Shown: positions 26,863-37,697, counted from the stretch's first letter. The stretch: DNA of 64,000 nucleotides from Dehalococcoidia bacterium (GCA_041494685.1 JBGQBE010000007.1:1-64000); one strand, 5' to 3'. Made by a program: numbers and translations. Notes: generated by a model from the letters alone, not told the origin.

Positions 26863-28074
26863 ATGACGCCTACCGACACCGCCGCCGCGCGCTCGCAGCG
26901 CCTGCTCGAGATGGCCGGCCGCCTCGCCGACGACTTCGCCACTCGCGCCGATGAGCACGACCGCGACAACAGCTTCCCCTTCGAGAACTTCGAGAAGCTG
27001 AAGCACGAGAACTACATCGCCCTGCCGATCGCGGAGGAGCTGGGCGGCCTCGGCGGATCGCTGCTCGACTTCGTGCAGTGCCAGGAGCGGCTGGCGCAGG
27101 GCTGCGGCTCCACGGCGCTCGCCGTCAATATGCACCTCTTCGCGCTCGGCTCGATGATGGAGAGCATCGGCCCCACCGACATGCAGGCCAAGCTGATGGC
27201 GAGCATGCTCGTGCAGGGCAAGCTGATCATCGGCGGCGGCTTCACCGAGGCGGAGATCGGCGGCAACTGGGGCTTCCCAACGACGACCGCCGTGCGACAG
27301 GAGCACGACGGCGTGCCCGGCTTCGTCCTCAACGGCCGCAAGACGTTCACCTCGCTCTCGCCCATCATCGACCTCTTCTCGGCGAACACGTCTACGACCG
27401 ACGACGCCGGCAACGCGGCCATCGGCCTCTTCGTCGTGCCGCGCGGCACGCCCGGCATCGAGATCGTCGAGACGTGGGACACGATGTCGATGCGCGCGAC
27501 CGCCAGCCACGACCTGGTGATCAAGGACTGCTGGGTGCCTGCGATGGCCTGCGTCGGCTTCCGCCAGCCCGGCGACGCCGACATCGGCGCCAACGTGCTG
27601 CTCGCGTGGTTCTGCTGCAGCGTCGCGTCGGTCTACCTGGGCGTGGCCACAGCCGCGCGCAACTTCGCCATCGACTGGGCGAAGTCCCGCAAGCCGATCC
27701 TCTTCGAGCGGCCGATCGGCCATTTCCCGGGCGTGCAGTTCCACGCGGCCGAGATGGAGATCGAGCTCGCAGCGGCGCGCGCGCTGGTGCGCGAGACCGC
27801 GAAGGAGTGGATGGCGGGCGGCCTGCGCGAACGCGACGACCTGGCGCGGATCATCCTGCCCAAGTACCACGCCACGAACGCCGCGGTGCGCATCGTCGAC
27901 CAGGCGATGACGATCGTCGGCGCGCCCGGGATCTTCCGCCGCCACCCGATGCAGCGCTACTACCGCGACGTGCGCCCCGGCCCCTTCCACCCGATGACCA
28001 ACGACGTCGCGATGGAGCTGATCGGCAAGACCGCCCTTGGCATCCCCATGGACTTCCAGCCCCGCTGGGGCTAG
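26863..28074 (+). CDS. Acyl-CoA dehydrogenase-fold flavoprotein (DszC/YdbM-like)
   Basis: GSTALAVNMH, LNGRKTFTS, WDTMSMRATASHD, RYYRDVRPGPFHP; GGAG RBS. Confidence 0.88.
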   Translation: MTPTDTAAARSQRLLEMAGRLADDFATRADEHDRDNSFPFENFEKLKHENYIALPIAEELGGLGGSLLDFVQCQERLAQGCGSTALAVNMHLFALGSMMESIGPTDMQAKLMASMLVQGKLIIGGGFTEAEIGGNWGFPTTTAVRQEHDGVPGFVLNGRKTFTSLSPIIDLFSANTSTTDDAGNAAIGLFVVPRGTPGIEIVETWDTMSMRATASHDLVIKDCWVPAMACVGFRQPGDADIGANVLLAWFCCSVASVYLGVATAARNFAIDWAKSRKPILFERPIGHFPGVQFHAAEMEIELAAARALVRETAKEWMAGGLRERDDLARIILPKYHATNAAVRIVDQAMTIVGAPGIFRRHPMQRYYRDVRPGPFHPMTNDVAMELIGKTALGIPMDFQPRWG

Positions 28075-28215
28075 TGGCTCCGGGCGGCAGCGGCCCCATG
28101 ACCCCTCGGCCGTCGGCGATCCGCCTCCGTTTGCTTTGCGCAGGTCCCGCACGGCTTAACCGCACGATAATCCCCGATAACGGGACGTTAATCCCCGCAC
28201 CCTACTATCCGCACT

Positions 28216-28395
28216 ATGAACGGTGAGCGACGGCTGGAGCGGGTGAGCGGTCGGACATACCGCATACCGGGCGCGCGATTCAGCGCGCACTCATCGGCTA
28301 TCTCGACCGCCGGGCACGCGACGCGGCAGGCGCGCCCGATACCGGCGCTCAGCCGCTTCGCCGCGGGCGCGTTACGGCGCGCCCGACCAGGATAG
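28216..28395 (+). CDS. Possible leaderless 59-aa Arg/Ala-rich small protein
   Basis: TACTAT 7 nt before ATG in an otherwise empty 570-bp gap; no recognisable domain. Confidence 0.3.
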   Translation: MNGERRLERVSGRTYRIPGARFSAHSSAISTAGHATRQARPIPALSRFAAGALRRARPG

Positions 28396-28647
28396 CCCTC
28401 CCTCGGAATCGGGTCCGCACCCCTTGCGGACCCAAACCCTCGGAAGAAGAGCCACGCTCGCCCAGGCGTGGCTCTTCGCTTCCTGGTTGAGAATCCGAAA
28501 GGCACCGCTTCGCGCGCCGCCCGCGTAACATGTTCGCAGTACCTCGCGCGCGCGCCGAATCACATACTGGTAGCGAGGGATACGCCCTCCCGGGCCGCCA
28601 CGGGCGATCCCGGTGGCGGAGGTTGTTGGGCAGAGCGGAGAGATGCG

Positions 28648-29793
28648 ATGAAACGGCTTGGAACGACATTTTCGATCGTGCTCGTGAGCATGCTCGCCGG
28701 CGCGGCGATCGTCGGCGGCATCACGTGGGCGCGCGGCGGCAACAGCAGCACGACGAGCGCGCCGGTGTCCGCCGCAGCGGCGCAGAGCGGCACCAGTAAC
28801 ACCTCATCGGCGCAGGGAGGCGCATCCGCGAGTGGTACCAGCGGCGACTTCACGGCACTCTACGACAAGGTGCGTCCGTCGATCGTCCGCATCACGACCG
28901 GCACGCAAACGACCAGCCCCTTCTCCAACGGCACCCAGGGTCTCGGCTCAGGCATCGTGCTGGACACCGAGGGCCACATCCTCACGAACTACCACGTGGT
29001 AAACGGCTTCGACTCGGTCACGATCACGTTCGCCGACGGCACCGTCGTGCAGGCCGACGTCGTCGGCAAGGATCCCGGCGACGACGTCGCGCTGGTGAAG
29101 GCCGTCGGCGCCGACGCGAGCGAACTCAAACCCGCGACCCTCGGCGACTCGGGCGCCGTGAAGGTCGGCACGGTCGTCGCCGCGATCGGCAACCCGTTCG
29201 GGCTCGACGGCTCGTTCACTACGGGAGTGATCAGCGGCCTCGACCGCACGCTCTCTTCCAGCAGCGACGGCCGGCCGATCCGCGGCCTCTTGCAGACGGA
29301 CGCGGCCGTGAATCCGGGCAACTCGGGCGGCGCGCTGATGAACCTGAAGGGCGAGATCATCGGCATCAACACGGCGATCGAGAATCCGGGCGGCAGCGGC
29401 TTCGCGGGCATCGCCTACGCCGTGCCGATCAACACGCCGAAGCGCTTCCTCACGCAACTCACCACCGGCCAGACCATCACGCACGCGCGGCTCGGCATCG
29501 CCGGTTCGAGCCTCACGCCGGACGAGGCACAGAAGCTCGGTGTGCAGTCCGGGGTGGCGGTCGTGAGCGTTGAGAGCGGCAGCGGCGCCGACGCGGCCGG
29601 ACTCAAGTCTTCCGCGAACGGCACGGGCGACGTCATCACCGCTGTCGATGGCCAGCAGATGAAGACGTTCGAGGACCTGGCGAACTACATCGACGGGAAG
29701 CAGGTCGGCGACAAGGTCACGCTCACGGTCCACCGCGACGGCAAGGACATCGAGATCACCGCGACGCTCAAGAGTTGGGACACCTCCGCCTGA
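28648..29793 (+). CDS. HtrA/DegP-like serine protease with one PDZ domain
   Basis: N-terminal TM, LTNYHVV, DVAL, QTDAAVNPGNSGG, C-terminal PDZ (GDVITAVDG). Confidence 0.93.
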   Translation: MKRLGTTFSIVLVSMLAGAAIVGGITWARGGNSSTTSAPVSAAAAQSGTSNTSSAQGGASASGTSGDFTALYDKVRPSIVRITTGTQTTSPFSNGTQGLGSGIVLDTEGHILTNYHVVNGFDSVTITFADGTVVQADVVGKDPGDDVALVKAVGADASELKPATLGDSGAVKVGTVVAAIGNPFGLDGSFTTGVISGLDRTLSSSSDGRPIRGLLQTDAAVNPGNSGGALMNLKGEIIGINTAIENPGGSGFAGIAYAVPINTPKRFLTQLTTGQTITHARLGIAGSSLTPDEAQKLGVQSGVAVVSVESGSGADAAGLKSSANGTGDVITAVDGQQMKTFEDLANYIDGKQVGDKVTLTVHRDGKDIEITATLKSWDTSA

Positions 29794-29821
29794 TCGGACG
29801 CGGTCATACCACCGACACGAC

Positions 29822-29851
29822 GAAGCGGGGCCGCACGTGCGGCCCCGCTTC
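29822..29851. terminator. Palindromic hairpin between convergent htrA-like gene and leuD
   Basis: GAAGCGGGGCCGCACGTGCGGCCCCGCTTC is a perfect 30-bp palindrome. Confidence 0.8.
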
Positions 29852-29874
29852 TGTTATCTCACCGTGGGCTTGTG

Positions 29875-30477
29875 TTACGCCCGCGCCGCGGCCGTCGTCG
29901 GCAGCGATTCGCGCCGCTTCGACTCGTACGCGTCGATCGCCGCGGTCTCTTGCAGCGTGAGGCCGATCTCGTCCAGTCCGTTCAGCAGGCAGTTCTTCAC
30001 GAACGGATCGATGTCGAAGTGGCGCGACTTGCCGTTGCCCAGCGACACCGTCTGCGACTCCAGGTCGACCTCCATCTCGTAGCCGGGCGAATCCTCCGCG
30101 CGCGCGATCAGCCGGTCGATGCTCTCCTGGGGCAACTCGACGGTCAGCAAGCCGATCTTGGCGCAGTTGTTGCGGAAGATATCAGCGAACGACGGTGCGA
30201 TGATCGCCTTCAGGCCCATCTGCTGGAGCGCCCACGGCGCGTGCTCGCGGGACGAGCCGCATCCGAAGTTAGGGCCGGTCACCAGGATCTGCGCCCCGTC
30301 GTAGCGCCGGTCGTTCAGCACGAAGTTCGGATCCTTGCGCCACTCGTCGAACGCGAACTCGCCGAAGCCTGTGCGCTCAATGCGCTTGAGGTACTTCGCC
30401 GGGATGATCTGATCGGTGTCGACGTTCGCGCGGGGAAGCGGCAGCACCTTGCCATGGATCTTCTTGATGGGTTCCAT
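29875..30477 (-). CDS. leuD: 3-isopropylmalate dehydratase small subunit
   Basis: NVDTDQIIP, NFGCGSSREHAPWAL, SFADIF. Confidence 0.96.
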   Translation of the reverse strand: MEPIKKIHGKVLPLPRANVDTDQIIPAKYLKRIERTGFGEFAFDEWRKDPNFVLNDRRYDGAQILVTGPNFGCGSSREHAPWALQQMGLKAIIAPSFADIFRNNCAKIGLLTVELPQESIDRLIARAEDSPGYEMEVDLESQTVSLGNGKSRHFDIDPFVKNCLLNGLDEIGLTLQETAAIDAYESKRRESLPTTAAARA

Positions 30478-31883
30478 CAGTCGCTCCTCCAGGCGCGGAC
30501 GTCGACGAAGTGGCCGGCGATCGCCGCGGCAGCGGCCATCTGCGGGCTGACGAGGTGCGTGCGGCCGCCGCGGCCCTGGCGCCCCTCGAAGTTGCGGTTC
30601 GACGTGGAGGCGCAGCGCTCGCCCGGCAGCAGGAAGTCCGGATTCATGCCCAGGCACATCGAGCAGCCGGCATCGCGCCATTCGAACCCCGCGTCCACGA
30701 AGATGCGGTCGAGGCCTTCCTGCTCCGCCTGCGCCTTCACCAGCCCGGAGCCGGGCACCACCATCGCCGAGACGCTCTTCGCGACGTGCTTCCCGCGCAC
30801 GACCGCCGCTGCGGCGCGCAGGTCTTCGATACGCCCGTTCGTGCAGGATCCGAGGAACACCCGGTCGAGTGCGATGTCCTCGACCGCCATGCCCGGCTTC
30901 AGGTCCATGTAGGTGAGCGAGCGCTCCGCCAGCTCGCGGGCGCTCGCGTCGTCGAAGCTGTTGGGGTCGGGCACGCGGCCCGTGACGGGCACGCTCTGCG
31001 CCGGCGTCGTGCCCCACGTCACCGTCGGCGCGATCTCCTCCGCGATGAGTTCGACAGTGGCGTCGAAGGTCGCATCGGCGTCCGTCGGCAGCGCGCGCCA
31101 GAGCTCCAGCGCCTGCTCCCAGGCGGCGCCCTTCGGCGCGAAGGGGCGGCCTTCGACGTACGCGAACGTCGTGTCGTCCGGCGCGACCAGGCCGGCGCGC
31201 GCGCCGCCCTCGATCGACATGTTGCAGATCGTCATCCTGCCCTCCATGGAGAGCGAGCGGATCACGTCGCCGCGGTACTCGATGACGTGCCCGATGCCGC
31301 CGGAGACGCCGATCTGGTGGATGATCGCCAGGATCACGTCCTTCGCCGTCACACTCTCGTGCAGCGTGCCGTTCACCTCCACGGACATCGTCTTCGGCGT
31401 CCCCTGCGCCAGCGTCTGCGTCGCCAGCACGTGCTCCACTTCCGACGTACCGATGCCGAACGCCAGCGCGCCGAACGCGCCGTGCGTGGACGTGTGGCTA
31501 TCGCCGCAGACGATGGTCATGCCAGGCTGCGTCAGCCCCTGTTCCGGCCCGATGATGTGCACGATGCCCTGGCGCCGGTCGCGCACGCCGAACATCGGCA
31601 CGCCGAACTCCTCGCAGTTGTGCGTCAGCATCCGCACCTGCTGCGTCGAAAGCTCGTCCGGCCACGGCTTGTCGCGGTCGCGCGTCGGCACGTTGTGGTC
31701 CACCGTCGCAAGCGTGAGATCGGGGCGGCGTACCTTGCGCCCCGCGAGCCGCAGCCCTTCGAACGCTTGCGGCGACGTCACCTCGTGCACCAGGTGCAGG
31801 TCGATGTACAGCAGGTCCGGCTGGCCCTCTGCGCGGCGCACCAGGTGGTCCGCCCAGATCTTCTCGGAGAGTGTCTTTCCCAT
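30477..31883 (-). CDS. leuC: 3-isopropylmalate dehydratase large subunit
   Basis: [43 protein letters not shown]. Confidence 0.97.
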   Translation of the reverse strand: MGKTLSEKIWADHLVRRAEGQPDLLYIDLHLVHEVTSPQAFEGLRLAGRKVRRPDLTLATVDHNVPTRDRDKPWPDELSTQQVRMLTHNCEEFGVPMFGVRDRRQGIVHIIGPEQGLTQPGMTIVCGDSHTSTHGAFGALAFGIGTSEVEHVLATQTLAQGTPKTMSVEVNGTLHESVTAKDVILAIIHQIGVSGGIGHVIEYRGDVIRSLSMEGRMTICNMSIEGGARAGLVAPDDTTFAYVEGRPFAPKGAAWEQALELWRALPTDADATFDATVELIAEEIAPTVTWGTTPAQSVPVTGRVPDPNSFDDASARELAERSLTYMDLKPGMAVEDIALDRVFLGSCTNGRIEDLRAAAAVVRGKHVAKSVSAMVVPGSGLVKAQAEQEGLDRIFVDAGFEWRDAGCSMCLGMNPDFLLPGERCASTSNRNFEGRQGRGGRTHLVSPQMAAAAAIAGHFVDVRAWRSD

Positions 31884-31985
31884 CGCCTCTATCCCGTTCT
31901 CGTCCCGGCACACAGGCCGTACGCCCGCGACCGGCACACTCTCGCGCGGCGTCGGGCGGCGGCCCGTGTGCTGCCACCTGTCCTG

Positions 31986-33533
31986 TTACGGGTTCGTGCG
32001 GACTTCCGAGTCCTTCCGGCGGTCCACCGCGAGCATGCGGTTCAGCGCGTTCATGTACGCCTTCGCCGACGCGACGATGATGTCCGTGTCGGCGCCGCGC
32101 CCCACGAAGCTTCGCCCGTTTCCCTCAACACGGATCGTCACCTCACCCTGCGCGTCGATACCCTCGGTGACGCTCTTCACGGAGAACTCCGTGAGTTCGT
32201 TCGGGATGTCGATGATCCGGTTGATGGCGCGGTAGACCGCGTCCACCGGGCCGGTGCCGATCGCGGCATCCGCGTGAATCGAGCCGTCGGGAGCGACAAG
32301 CCGCACCGTGGCCGTCGGCGCCGCGTGGTCGCCGCACGAGACCTGCACGAAGTCCAGACGGTAGATCTCGGCGGTCGTGCGCAGCTTGTCCGCGACGATC
32401 GCCTCGAGGTCGCGGTCGTCGATCTCGGCCTTCTTGTCCGCCAGCTCTTTGAACGCCATGAAGGCGCGCGACAGCTCTTCTTCCGTCAGGTCGTATCCCA
32501 GCTCCTCCAGCCGCGCCTTGAAGCCGTGGCGGCCCGACACCTTGCCCAGGACAATCTCGGCGCCGCCCGACGGCCAGCCGATGTCCTTCGCGTCCATGAT
32601 CTCGTACGTCTCGCGCATCTTCAGGATGCCGTCCTGGTGAATGCCGGACTGGTGGCGGAACGCGTTGGTGCCGACGATCGCCTTGTTCGGCTGTACGCTC
32701 ATGCCGGTCAGGTCGGACACGAGCCGGCTCGTGCGGTACAGCTCCTGCGTGCGGATGTTCGTCTCCAGGTTGAAGAAGTCGCGGCGCGTCTTGATCGCCA
32801 TCACGACTTCCTCGAGCGCGGCGTTGCCCGCGCGCTCGCCGATGCCGTTGATGCACGTCTCGATCTGTCGCGCACCCGACCGCACCGCCGCCAGCGAGTT
32901 CGCCACGGCGAGGCCCAGGTCGTTGTGGCAGTGCACCGAGATGCGCGCCTTGTGGATGTTCTTGACGTTCTCGTAGATGTCCTTGATGAACTGGCCGAAC
33001 TCCTCCGGCACCGTGTATCCGACCGTGTCCGGGATGTTCACGGTCGTCGCGCCCGCGTCGATCACCTGCTCCAGCATCGAGTACACGTACTGCCGGTCGG
33101 AGCGCGTCGCGTCCATCGGGCTGAACTCCACGTCGCCGCAGTAGCCGGCCGCTCGCGCGACCATGCTGCGCGCCATTTCCAGCACCGTCTCCTTGTCCTT
33201 CAGCAACTGGTGGGCGATATGGATATCCGAGCTGGACAGGAAGACGTGGATGCGCGGCTGGGCACCCACCTTTACCGCGTCCCAGCACGCGTCGACCGCG
33301 TCGGGGTTCGCGTGGGCGAGCCCGGCGATCTGGCTGCCGCGGATCTCGCGCGCGATCGTCTGCACCGCGTCGAAGTCGCCGGGCGATGTTCGCGGGAAGC
33401 CCGCCTCGATGATGTCTACGCCCAGCTTCTCGAGCTGGCGCGCGATCTCCATCTTGTCGGCTGTGGTGAGCGCCACGCCGGGCGACTGCTCGCCGTCACG
33501 CAGCGTCGTATCGAAGATGATGACCTTTTCCAT
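31986..33533 (-). CDS. leuA: 2-isopropylmalate synthase
   Basis: [26 protein letters not shown]-terminal regulatory domain (GTGPVDA). Confidence 0.97.
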   Translation of the reverse strand: MEKVIIFDTTLRDGEQSPGVALTTADKMEIARQLEKLGVDIIEAGFPRTSPGDFDAVQTIAREIRGSQIAGLAHANPDAVDACWDAVKVGAQPRIHVFLSSSDIHIAHQLLKDKETVLEMARSMVARAAGYCGDVEFSPMDATRSDRQYVYSMLEQVIDAGATTVNIPDTVGYTVPEEFGQFIKDIYENVKNIHKARISVHCHNDLGLAVANSLAAVRSGARQIETCINGIGERAGNAALEEVVMAIKTRRDFFNLETNIRTQELYRTSRLVSDLTGMSVQPNKAIVGTNAFRHQSGIHQDGILKMRETYEIMDAKDIGWPSGGAEIVLGKVSGRHGFKARLEELGYDLTEEELSRAFMAFKELADKKAEIDDRDLEAIVADKLRTTAEIYRLDFVQVSCGDHAAPTATVRLVAPDGSIHADAAIGTGPVDAVYRAINRIIDIPNELTEFSVKSVTEGIDAQGEVTIRVEGNGRSFVGRGADTDIIVASAKAYMNALNRMLAVDRRKDSEVRTNP

Positions 33534-33609
33534 GGAGATACCTCCGTGATGATCCCCCCGTGTGGGGGCTGGGCTGGCCGATGCTCCGCATGGCCCTCCG
33601 ACCGCTACG

Positions 33610-33780
33610 TCAGGCGGTCGAGGGCCGGCGAAGTGTGAGGCCGGCACGGGGCTGCCACTTACCGCACGCCATCACAATCTCCGCCGGGCTTCGGAGCCAG
33701 CCGCCGCCGCACGCGAACGCCGTCATGCTCGCGCCGAGCATTGGTACCCCGATCCAGGACAGCAGCCGGCGAGTCGTCAT
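33610..33780 (-). CDS. Possible 56-aa ORF with lipoprotein-like signal between ilvC and leuA
   Basis: ATG 2 nt after ilvC stop; [27 protein letters not shown]. Confidence 0.3.
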   Translation of the reverse strand: MTTRRLLSWIGVPMLGASMTAFACGGGWLRSPAEIVMACGKWQPRAGLTLRRPSTA

Positions 33781-33782
33781 GG

Positions 33783-34781
33783 CTACCTGCTCTTCTTCAG
33801 CCAGGCCATCATGCCCCGGAGCTCCGCGCCGACTTCCTCGATCGGGTGCTCGGCGTTGATCCGGCGCAGCGCGTTGAAGCTGGGGCGGCCGGCCTGGTTC
33901 TCCAGGATCCACTCCTTCGCGAACGTGCCGTCCTGAATCTGTCCCAGCACGCGCTTCATGTTCTCCTTCACGCGCGCGTCCACCACGACCGGGCCGCGGG
34001 TGTAGTCGCCGTACTCCGCCGTGTCGCTGATCGAGTACCGCATGTAGCCCATGCCGCCCTCGTACATCAGGTCGACGATCAGCTTCAGCTCGTGCATGCA
34101 CTCGAAGTAGGCCAACTCCGGCTGGTAGCCGGCCTCGACCAGCGTCTCGAACGCGCTCTTGACCAGCGACGTCACGCCGCCGCAGAGCACCGTCTGCTCG
34201 CCGAAGAGGTCGGTCTCCGTCTCTTCCTTGAACGTCGTCTCCAGCACGCCGGCGCGCGTCGCGCCGATGCCCTTCGCGTACGCCAGCGCGATCTGCCGCG
34301 CCGACTCCGTCGCGTTCTGGTGCACCGCGAAGAGCGCGGGCACGCCGCCGCCCTCGGTGTAGACGCGGCGTACCAGGTGCCCGGGCCCCTTCGGCGCGAC
34401 CATCGTCACGTCAACGTCGTCCGGCGCCTGTACCTGGCCGTAGTGCACGTTGAATCCGTGCCCCCACATGATCATGTTGCCGGGCTTCAGGCCGTCCGCG
34501 ATGTGCCCGTAGTACACGTCGCGCGCCACCTGATCCGGCGTCAGGATCATGATGATGTCGGCTTCCTCCGACACCTCGCGTACGTTGCCGACGCGCAGGC
34601 CCGCGGCCTCGGCCGTCTTCCACGATTTCGAGCCCGGGTACAAGCCCACGATCACGTTGCAGCCGCTGTCCTTCAGGTTCTGCGCGTGCGCGTGCCCCTG
34701 GCTGCCGAAGCCGATCACGCCGATCGTCTTGCCTTTGAGCAGCGCGAGATCCGCGTCCTTGTCGTAGTACATCTCTGCCAT
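33783..34781 (-). CDS. ilvC: Ketol-acid reductoisomerase
   Basis: [39 protein letters not shown]. Confidence 0.97.
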   Translation of the reverse strand: MAEMYYDKDADLALLKGKTIGVIGFGSQGHAHAQNLKDSGCNVIVGLYPGSKSWKTAEAAGLRVGNVREVSEEADIIMILTPDQVARDVYYGHIADGLKPGNMIMWGHGFNVHYGQVQAPDDVDVTMVAPKGPGHLVRRVYTEGGGVPALFAVHQNATESARQIALAYAKGIGATRAGVLETTFKEETETDLFGEQTVLCGGVTSLVKSAFETLVEAGYQPELAYFECMHELKLIVDLMYEGGMGYMRYSISDTAEYGDYTRGPVVVDARVKENMKRVLGQIQDGTFAKEWILENQAGRPSFNALRRINAEHPIEEVGAELRGMMAWLKKSR

Positions 34782-34879
34782 TCGAATCAGTCCCCTGCTT
34801 CACTCATCTTCATCGCACCGTGCGAGATTCTACGTGTGTCGCGTTGGAGGGTGCTTGGCGCAAGCCGCCCCCGTCACCC

Positions 34880-35452
34880 TCAGATCAGGCTCCCCACCTT
34901 CGGCTTGCCCTCGCCCGCTGAGCGGCGATGGTACGCCCCGTTCACCGTCGGCGCGGTCACCGTGGACGTGCCACCGCGCACCATGGCCACGCGACCCGTC
35001 CGCACCAGCTCCTTCAGCCCGAACGGCGTCAGCATCGACACCAGCGCGTCGATCTTGTCCTCCTGCCCCGTGGCCTCGACGACCAGCGAGTCAGCCGCCA
35101 CATCGACGATCTTGGCACGAAATATATCGACGATCTCGATCACGGCGCTGCGGTTCTCCTTCGTCGTGGCCACCTTGATCAGCGCCAGCTCGCGCGCCAC
35201 CACCTGCTCGTCCGTGACGTCGGTGATCTTCACCACCTCGATCACCTTGTAGAGCTGCTTCGTCACCTGTTCGATGTCGTGCGCCGCGCCGTCCACCGTG
35301 AACGTCATGCGCGACAGGCCCGGCACCTCGCTGTGTCCGACCGTCAGGCTCTCAATGTTGAAGGCGCGCTGGCGCCACTTGTTCGCGATCTTGTTGAGCA
35401 CGCCGGGCCGGTTCTCCACCAGCGCGACGATGGTGTGCAGTCGGCCGCTCAT
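34880..35452 (-). CDS. ilvN: Acetolactate synthase small regulatory subunit
   Basis: ACT domain VENRPGVL, FNIESLTVG, RELALIKV, ELVRTG. Confidence 0.95.
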   Translation of the reverse strand: MSGRLHTIVALVENRPGVLNKIANKWRQRAFNIESLTVGHSEVPGLSRMTFTVDGAAHDIEQVTKQLYKVIEVVKITDVTDEQVVARELALIKVATTKENRSAVIEIVDIFRAKIVDVAADSLVVEATGQEDKIDALVSMLTPFGLKELVRTGRVAMVRGGTSTVTAPTVNGAYHRRSAGEGKPKVGSLI

Positions 35453-37149
35453 CGCGCAAACTCCGGTCGCTCCACGCGCGGCTGGTCGATGGTGTCGCTC
35501 AGGCTGACGCCGGGAGGCATCATGGGATAGCAGTTCTCCACGTCCTGCACCTGGAAGTCGATGAGGACGGCGCCCGGGTGGTCCAGCGCCGCGCGGATCG
35601 CCGAATCAACCATGGCCTTGTCGCTGACGCGCATGCCGGCAATGCCCATCGCCTCCGCGATCTTCACGAAGTCGGGCTGGAACATGCGGACGGACTGCTT
35701 GTTCCCATCGTAGAACTGGTCCTGCCACTGCCGGACCATGCCCAGGTAGTTGTTGTTGATGATGGCGAACTTGATCGGCAGTTCGTACTCCGTGCAGAGC
35801 GCCAACTCCTCCATCGTCATCTGGAAGCCGCCGTCGCCGCAGAACGCCCACACCGTGTCGTGCGGCCGCGCGAACTGCACCCCGATCGCCGCCGGCACTT
35901 CGAACCCCATCGTGCCCAGACCACCCGACGTGACGAACGAGTACGGGTTGTCGCTCCAAAAGTATTGCGCCGCCCACATCTGGTGCTGGCCGACGCCCGT
36001 GGCGTAGTACGCCTTGGGCCCGGACATCTCGTAGATCTTCTTGATCACGTACTGCGGCAGGATCTTCTCGCTCTCCGGGATCGCGATTGACGGGTGCTTC
36101 TCGCGCATGTCCGCGATCCAGCGCCGCCACTCGTCGTGGCGCGCCGGCTGCACGTTCGGCAGCAACTGCTGCAGCACCGTGCGCACGTCGCCCACGATCG
36201 GCAGCAGCGTCTTCACGTTCTTGCCGATCTCCGCCGGGTCGATGTCGATGTGCACGATCTTCGCGTTCGGCGCGAAGTCCTTCAGGGACCCGGTCACGCG
36301 GTCGTCGAACCGCATCCCGATCGCCAGGATCAGGTCGGCCTCCTGGATCGCCATGTTGTTCCAGTACATGCCGTGCATGCCGGGCATGCCCTGATACAGC
36401 TCGTGCGAGCCCGGGAAGCCGCCCAGGCCCAGCAGCGTCGTGATCACCGGGATCTGGGCCTTCTCCGCCAGCTCCTTCAGCTCGTCCGCCGCGCGCGAGA
36501 TCACCACGCCGTGCCCCGCCAGGATCAGCGGCCGCTCCGCCTCCGCGATCATCGCGGCCGCCTTCTTCACCTGCTGCGGGTGCCCCGTCACCGTCGGCTG
36601 GTAGCCCGCCAGCGACACGTGGTCCGGGTACTCAAACTCGCACAGCGCCTGCTGCACGTCGCGCGGGATGTCCACCAGCACCGGGCCGGGCCGCCCCGTC
36701 GTGGCGATGTGGAACGCCTCCGCGATCGCCGGCGCGATGTCCTCGACATCGAGCACCAGCACGTTGTGCTTCGTGATCGGGATGGTGATGCCCGTGATGT
36801 CGGCCTCCTGGAAGCCGTCGCGGCCGAGCAGCCATGACACCACCTGGCCGGTGATGCACACCAGCGGCACGGAGTCCATCCATGCGTTGGCGATGCCCGT
36901 GACGAGGTTCGTCGCGCCGGGGCCGGACGTGGCCCAGCAGACGCCGGCCTTGCCGCTGACGCGCGCGTACGCGTCGGCGGCGTGCGCGGCGCCCTGCTCG
37001 TGCCGCACCAGCACGTGCTTGATGTCGGGGTATTTCTTCAGCGCGTCGTACATCGGGAGGTTCGCGCCGCCGGGGTAGCCGAAGATGATCTCGACTCCCT
37101 CCTTGCGCAGGCACTCCATGATGATTTCCGCGCCCTTGATCTTCGTCAT
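35449..37149 (-). CDS. ilvB: Acetolactate synthase large subunit
   Basis: FGYPGG, RHEQGA, TSGPGATN, RFDDRVTG, GDGGFQM, LGMVRQWQ; AGGAG RBS. Confidence 0.97.
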   Translation of the reverse strand: MTKIKGAEIIMECLRKEGVEIIFGYPGGANLPMYDALKKYPDIKHVLVRHEQGAAHAADAYARVSGKAGVCWATSGPGATNLVTGIANAWMDSVPLVCITGQVVSWLLGRDGFQEADITGITIPITKHNVLVLDVEDIAPAIAEAFHIATTGRPGPVLVDIPRDVQQALCEFEYPDHVSLAGYQPTVTGHPQQVKKAAAMIAEAERPLILAGHGVVISRAADELKELAEKAQIPVITTLLGLGGFPGSHELYQGMPGMHGMYWNNMAIQEADLILAIGMRFDDRVTGSLKDFAPNAKIVHIDIDPAEIGKNVKTLLPIVGDVRTVLQQLLPNVQPARHDEWRRWIADMREKHPSIAIPESEKILPQYVIKKIYEMSGPKAYYATGVGQHQMWAAQYFWSDNPYSFVTSGGLGTMGFEVPAAIGVQFARPHDTVWAFCGDGGFQMTMEELALCTEYELPIKFAIINNNYLGMVRQWQDQFYDGNKQSVRMFQPDFVKIAEAMGIAGMRVSDKAMVDSAIRAALDHPGAVLIDFQVQDVENCYPMMPPGVSLSDTIDQPRVERPEFAR

Positions 37150-37248
37150 TCTGCTTCTCCTGGCCTGCCCCGCGGCGCGGGGCTGCATCGTCGCCTTGTG
37201 TCCACTGGTGGTTTCGTCCCCTTCCGTCCGCGCGCGGATGAGGGGACG

Positions 37249-37410
37249 CTAAAGCGGGAGGCCCAGCAGCAGGTCAAGCGGAAGCAAGAGACCCGCCGCG
37301 GGAATCAGGGGACGTACTACGACGCGGCCGCGGCTAATCCGCCGGGCGCGGTCAGCCGGGGCCGGTTGGACCTCGGTGCGAGAAGCTGTGAAGTGTGCCA
37401 TCTGCTCCAT
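37249..37410 (-). CDS. Putative ilv-leu leader peptide (53 aa, Leu/Val/Ile-rich C-terminus)
   Basis: Ends VVVRPLIPAAGLLLPLDLLLGLPL; sits between the T-box terminator and ilvB; uses GTA, ATT, TTG and CTT codons. Second possible ATG at 37401. Confidence 0.6.
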   Translation of the reverse strand: MEQMAHFTASRTEVQPAPADRARRISRGRVVVRPLIPAAGLLLPLDLLLGLPL

Positions 37411-37424
37411 GTATGACGCCGCCA

Positions 37425-37660
37425 ACAAAAAAACCCGACCCAGCAAAGGGACGGGTTCATGGCCCGCGGTGCCACCCTTCTTCGTCCGCCGTGGCGGACG
37501 CTCTCGGAGCGCTTTAACGGTCGCGACCCGGCCGGGGCTATCCCTGAGGTTCACCCCGGCGGCTCCGCGCTGAGTTCGATCCGCACCTGCCACCGGCCTT
37601 CCACCAACGCCGGCTCGCTAAAGGCTGCGACTGGACCTACTACCGCGCTTCTCAGCCTGT
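37425..37660 (-). promoter_or_regulatory. T-box riboswitch, Leu (CUC) specifier, transcriptional type
   Basis: Minus strand: stem I with AGUA, AGCGA and GGUGGAA elements, specifier loop GAA-CUC-A (37572-37574), T-box AAGGGUGGCACCGCG, antiterminator partner CGUCCC, terminator with U7; upstream of the ilv-leu operon. Confidence 0.92.
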
Positions 37661-37668
37661 TGCGGGGG

Positions 37669-37697
37669 AGTATACAGAGACATGACCAGCCTGTCAA
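37669..37697 (-). promoter_or_regulatory. Sigma-70 promoter of the T-box/ilv-leu operon
   Basis: TTGACA-N17-TATACT. Confidence 0.85.

Noticed and set aside
30510..33638. Very long antisense ORFs (1042 aa here, 978 aa at 46725-49661, and many others)
   Set aside because: Shadows of well-supported genes on the opposite strand, expected in high-GC DNA; they have no domain motifs.
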